Shown: one piece after another, positions 62,621-64,000 of the stretch
How positions within the stretch are numbered: position 1 is the stretch's first letter
How the letters are laid out: each line of letters begins with the position of its first letter
Assembly (NCBI RefSeq): GCF_006345805.1
Contig: NC_043015.1
Location: 30,008,001-30,072,000 of the forward strand
Direction: 5' to 3'
DNA length: 64,000 nucleotides
Source: Octopus sinensis
Taxonomy: Eukaryota
The notes under the pieces: model-generated
What the model was told of the DNA's origin: nothing
Databases searched by the model: none
What the model saw: the letters and a program-made list of their open reading frames with translations, nothing else
Translations under genes and position numbers: made by a program

Positions 62621-64000
62621 CTAATCTACTTCCACCAAAACTGGTACTGCTAGTCATGCCTCCAGGCAATGAAACCAACTGCTGCATATGCATAAGACGC
62701 TCATGACGCCGCAACTGAGCAATTCCATCTAAAGTGTTGCGCACACTGCACACAAACTCATCAACATTGTGGTTTGCACTCCACCTCTCTAGATTCACGA
62801 CTTCCCGCGACGGCACTTGCACTCTGGCCAAACGTGCAGCACAGCGCTGTTGTAATGATGCCATGCGTCGATCTAGCTCATCCAGTTCTTGATGCAGACG
62901 TGCAGTCACTTCAGTTATATCACAGGTAGCTGATGCAACTGCACACAGTGTATCAAAGGCCTCATTAGTCGCAGCACCTGGATTATCGTTAATGTTAACT
63001 GGTAAACTTTCACTGTTGGAGAGGTCAACACCTTGAGGGTTTTCTGGACGGCTAATGCTGTGAGCAGAGGGCAGTAGCTCTGGCCTCTCTGGATACTGCG
63101 AGAAACTCCGTCTGTTTTGATGATTGGATTCTTCATAAGGTGGGAGATCATAAATATTTGAAGATGTAGACAGGTTGTCTGAAGAATCCAAATCAGCAGG
63201 GTACACTCTGGAAGAATCCACGTCTTCCCAGTTGAGTAAAGACAGGTTTGGATTAGAATCAGGTATGGAATATTGATTGGGAGCATAGCTTGGGTCAAAG
63301 GGCAGATGTTGTGATGTCTGACCAGTGTGGGTCGTGGAATGTGTGGGCTGGGGCTCAACACTGTCCTTATGACACTGACCTAATGACTTATTGAAATTAT
63401 TTTCTCTAGTCGTACGACCAGAACCTTGATTAGGATGAGTAGAACATACACTACTAGTAGAGGGGACAGGGTTATGTAATCTCAAACGAGAGGATTTTGT
63501 GGGCCGATGACTCTTTCGTGAAGTCCCTGAATTAGATGTTGATTGTATGGAGACATCATTACTGTCCAGAGAAGAACTCGAACCACTGGCAGCTGAATAA
63601 TGACCACTTGAAGAATTCAAGTTTTCTTCTGGAGAATGTAAGAGACTCTCTGACTCTGTTGAGGTACTCGACTCATAATGCTGTTGTTCATGTGGCACTT
63701 TGTTAGAATCAAAACCATGATTATTGCTATAATTACCAGCGCCAGCAGCAGCAGCAGCAGCAGAATGAGAGCTTTTGACAGAACTATGTTCAGGGCATCT
63801 TTTAGAACTAGATTTGTATTTTTCTGGAGAAATTCTAGTGGCAGAGGCAAGCGGTGAAGACAGAGAGGATGTGGAAACTGACGAAGGACACAGCGAAGAG
63901 CTGGAATATGTTGACTGAGCTGCTTGAGAAGAACTGCAAGAGAAGGCAGAAGAAGAAGAAAAAGATCTGGAATCATCTGTAGATCTGGGCAAATTTGAGC
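62621..64000 (-). CDS. AMBRA1: AMBRA1 large internal exon (5'-truncated by window edge); Ser-rich disordered region with a probable coiled-coil segment
   Basis: Open frame of about 460 codons, open to the window edge. It ends ...FGGSRL G|gtgagt (phase 1 donor at 62620) and splices in frame to the downstream AMBRA1 exons. Confidence 0.85.

Noticed and set aside
62915-63976. Overlapping alternative-frame ORFs (148 aa, 119 aa) in the AMBRA1 exon
   Set aside because: Non-ATG starts; expected by-products of Ser-rich codon usage.

Overview
AT-rich, repeat-dense animal genomic DNA. The SINE families, RTE tails and microsatellite load are typical of Octopus (coleoid cephalopod). The one firmly identifiable gene is the 3' part of AMBRA1 on the minus strand. 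Nine coding exons from the window end (64000) to the stop at 43487 were reconstructed by hand with canonical GT-AG sites and consistent phases. They encode a Ser-rich insert, the C-terminal WD40 blades, a LIR-like motif and two TQT motifs. A convergent, intronless 151-aa ORF of unknown family lies at 38087-38542 (+). A second, unidentified minus-strand transcription unit probably starts at a CpG/CCAAT-rich promoter near 28.6-29.2 kb and runs leftwards through several candidate exons to a structured splice cluster at 6.1-6.6 kb. The rest is SINEs, LINE and mariner remnants, hAT/piggyBac/Tigger-like MITEs, fold-back palindromes and simple repeats. Most unusual signals: (i) minimal hammerhead-ribozyme motifs, two sharing a non-canonical U at core position 6; (ii) several same-orientation local copy-and-insert mosaics in AMBRA1 introns; (iii) a strand-specific 18-bp hairpin next to a 5' splice site and a slippery heptamer. 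No database search was possible, so all family names rest on motif recognition.
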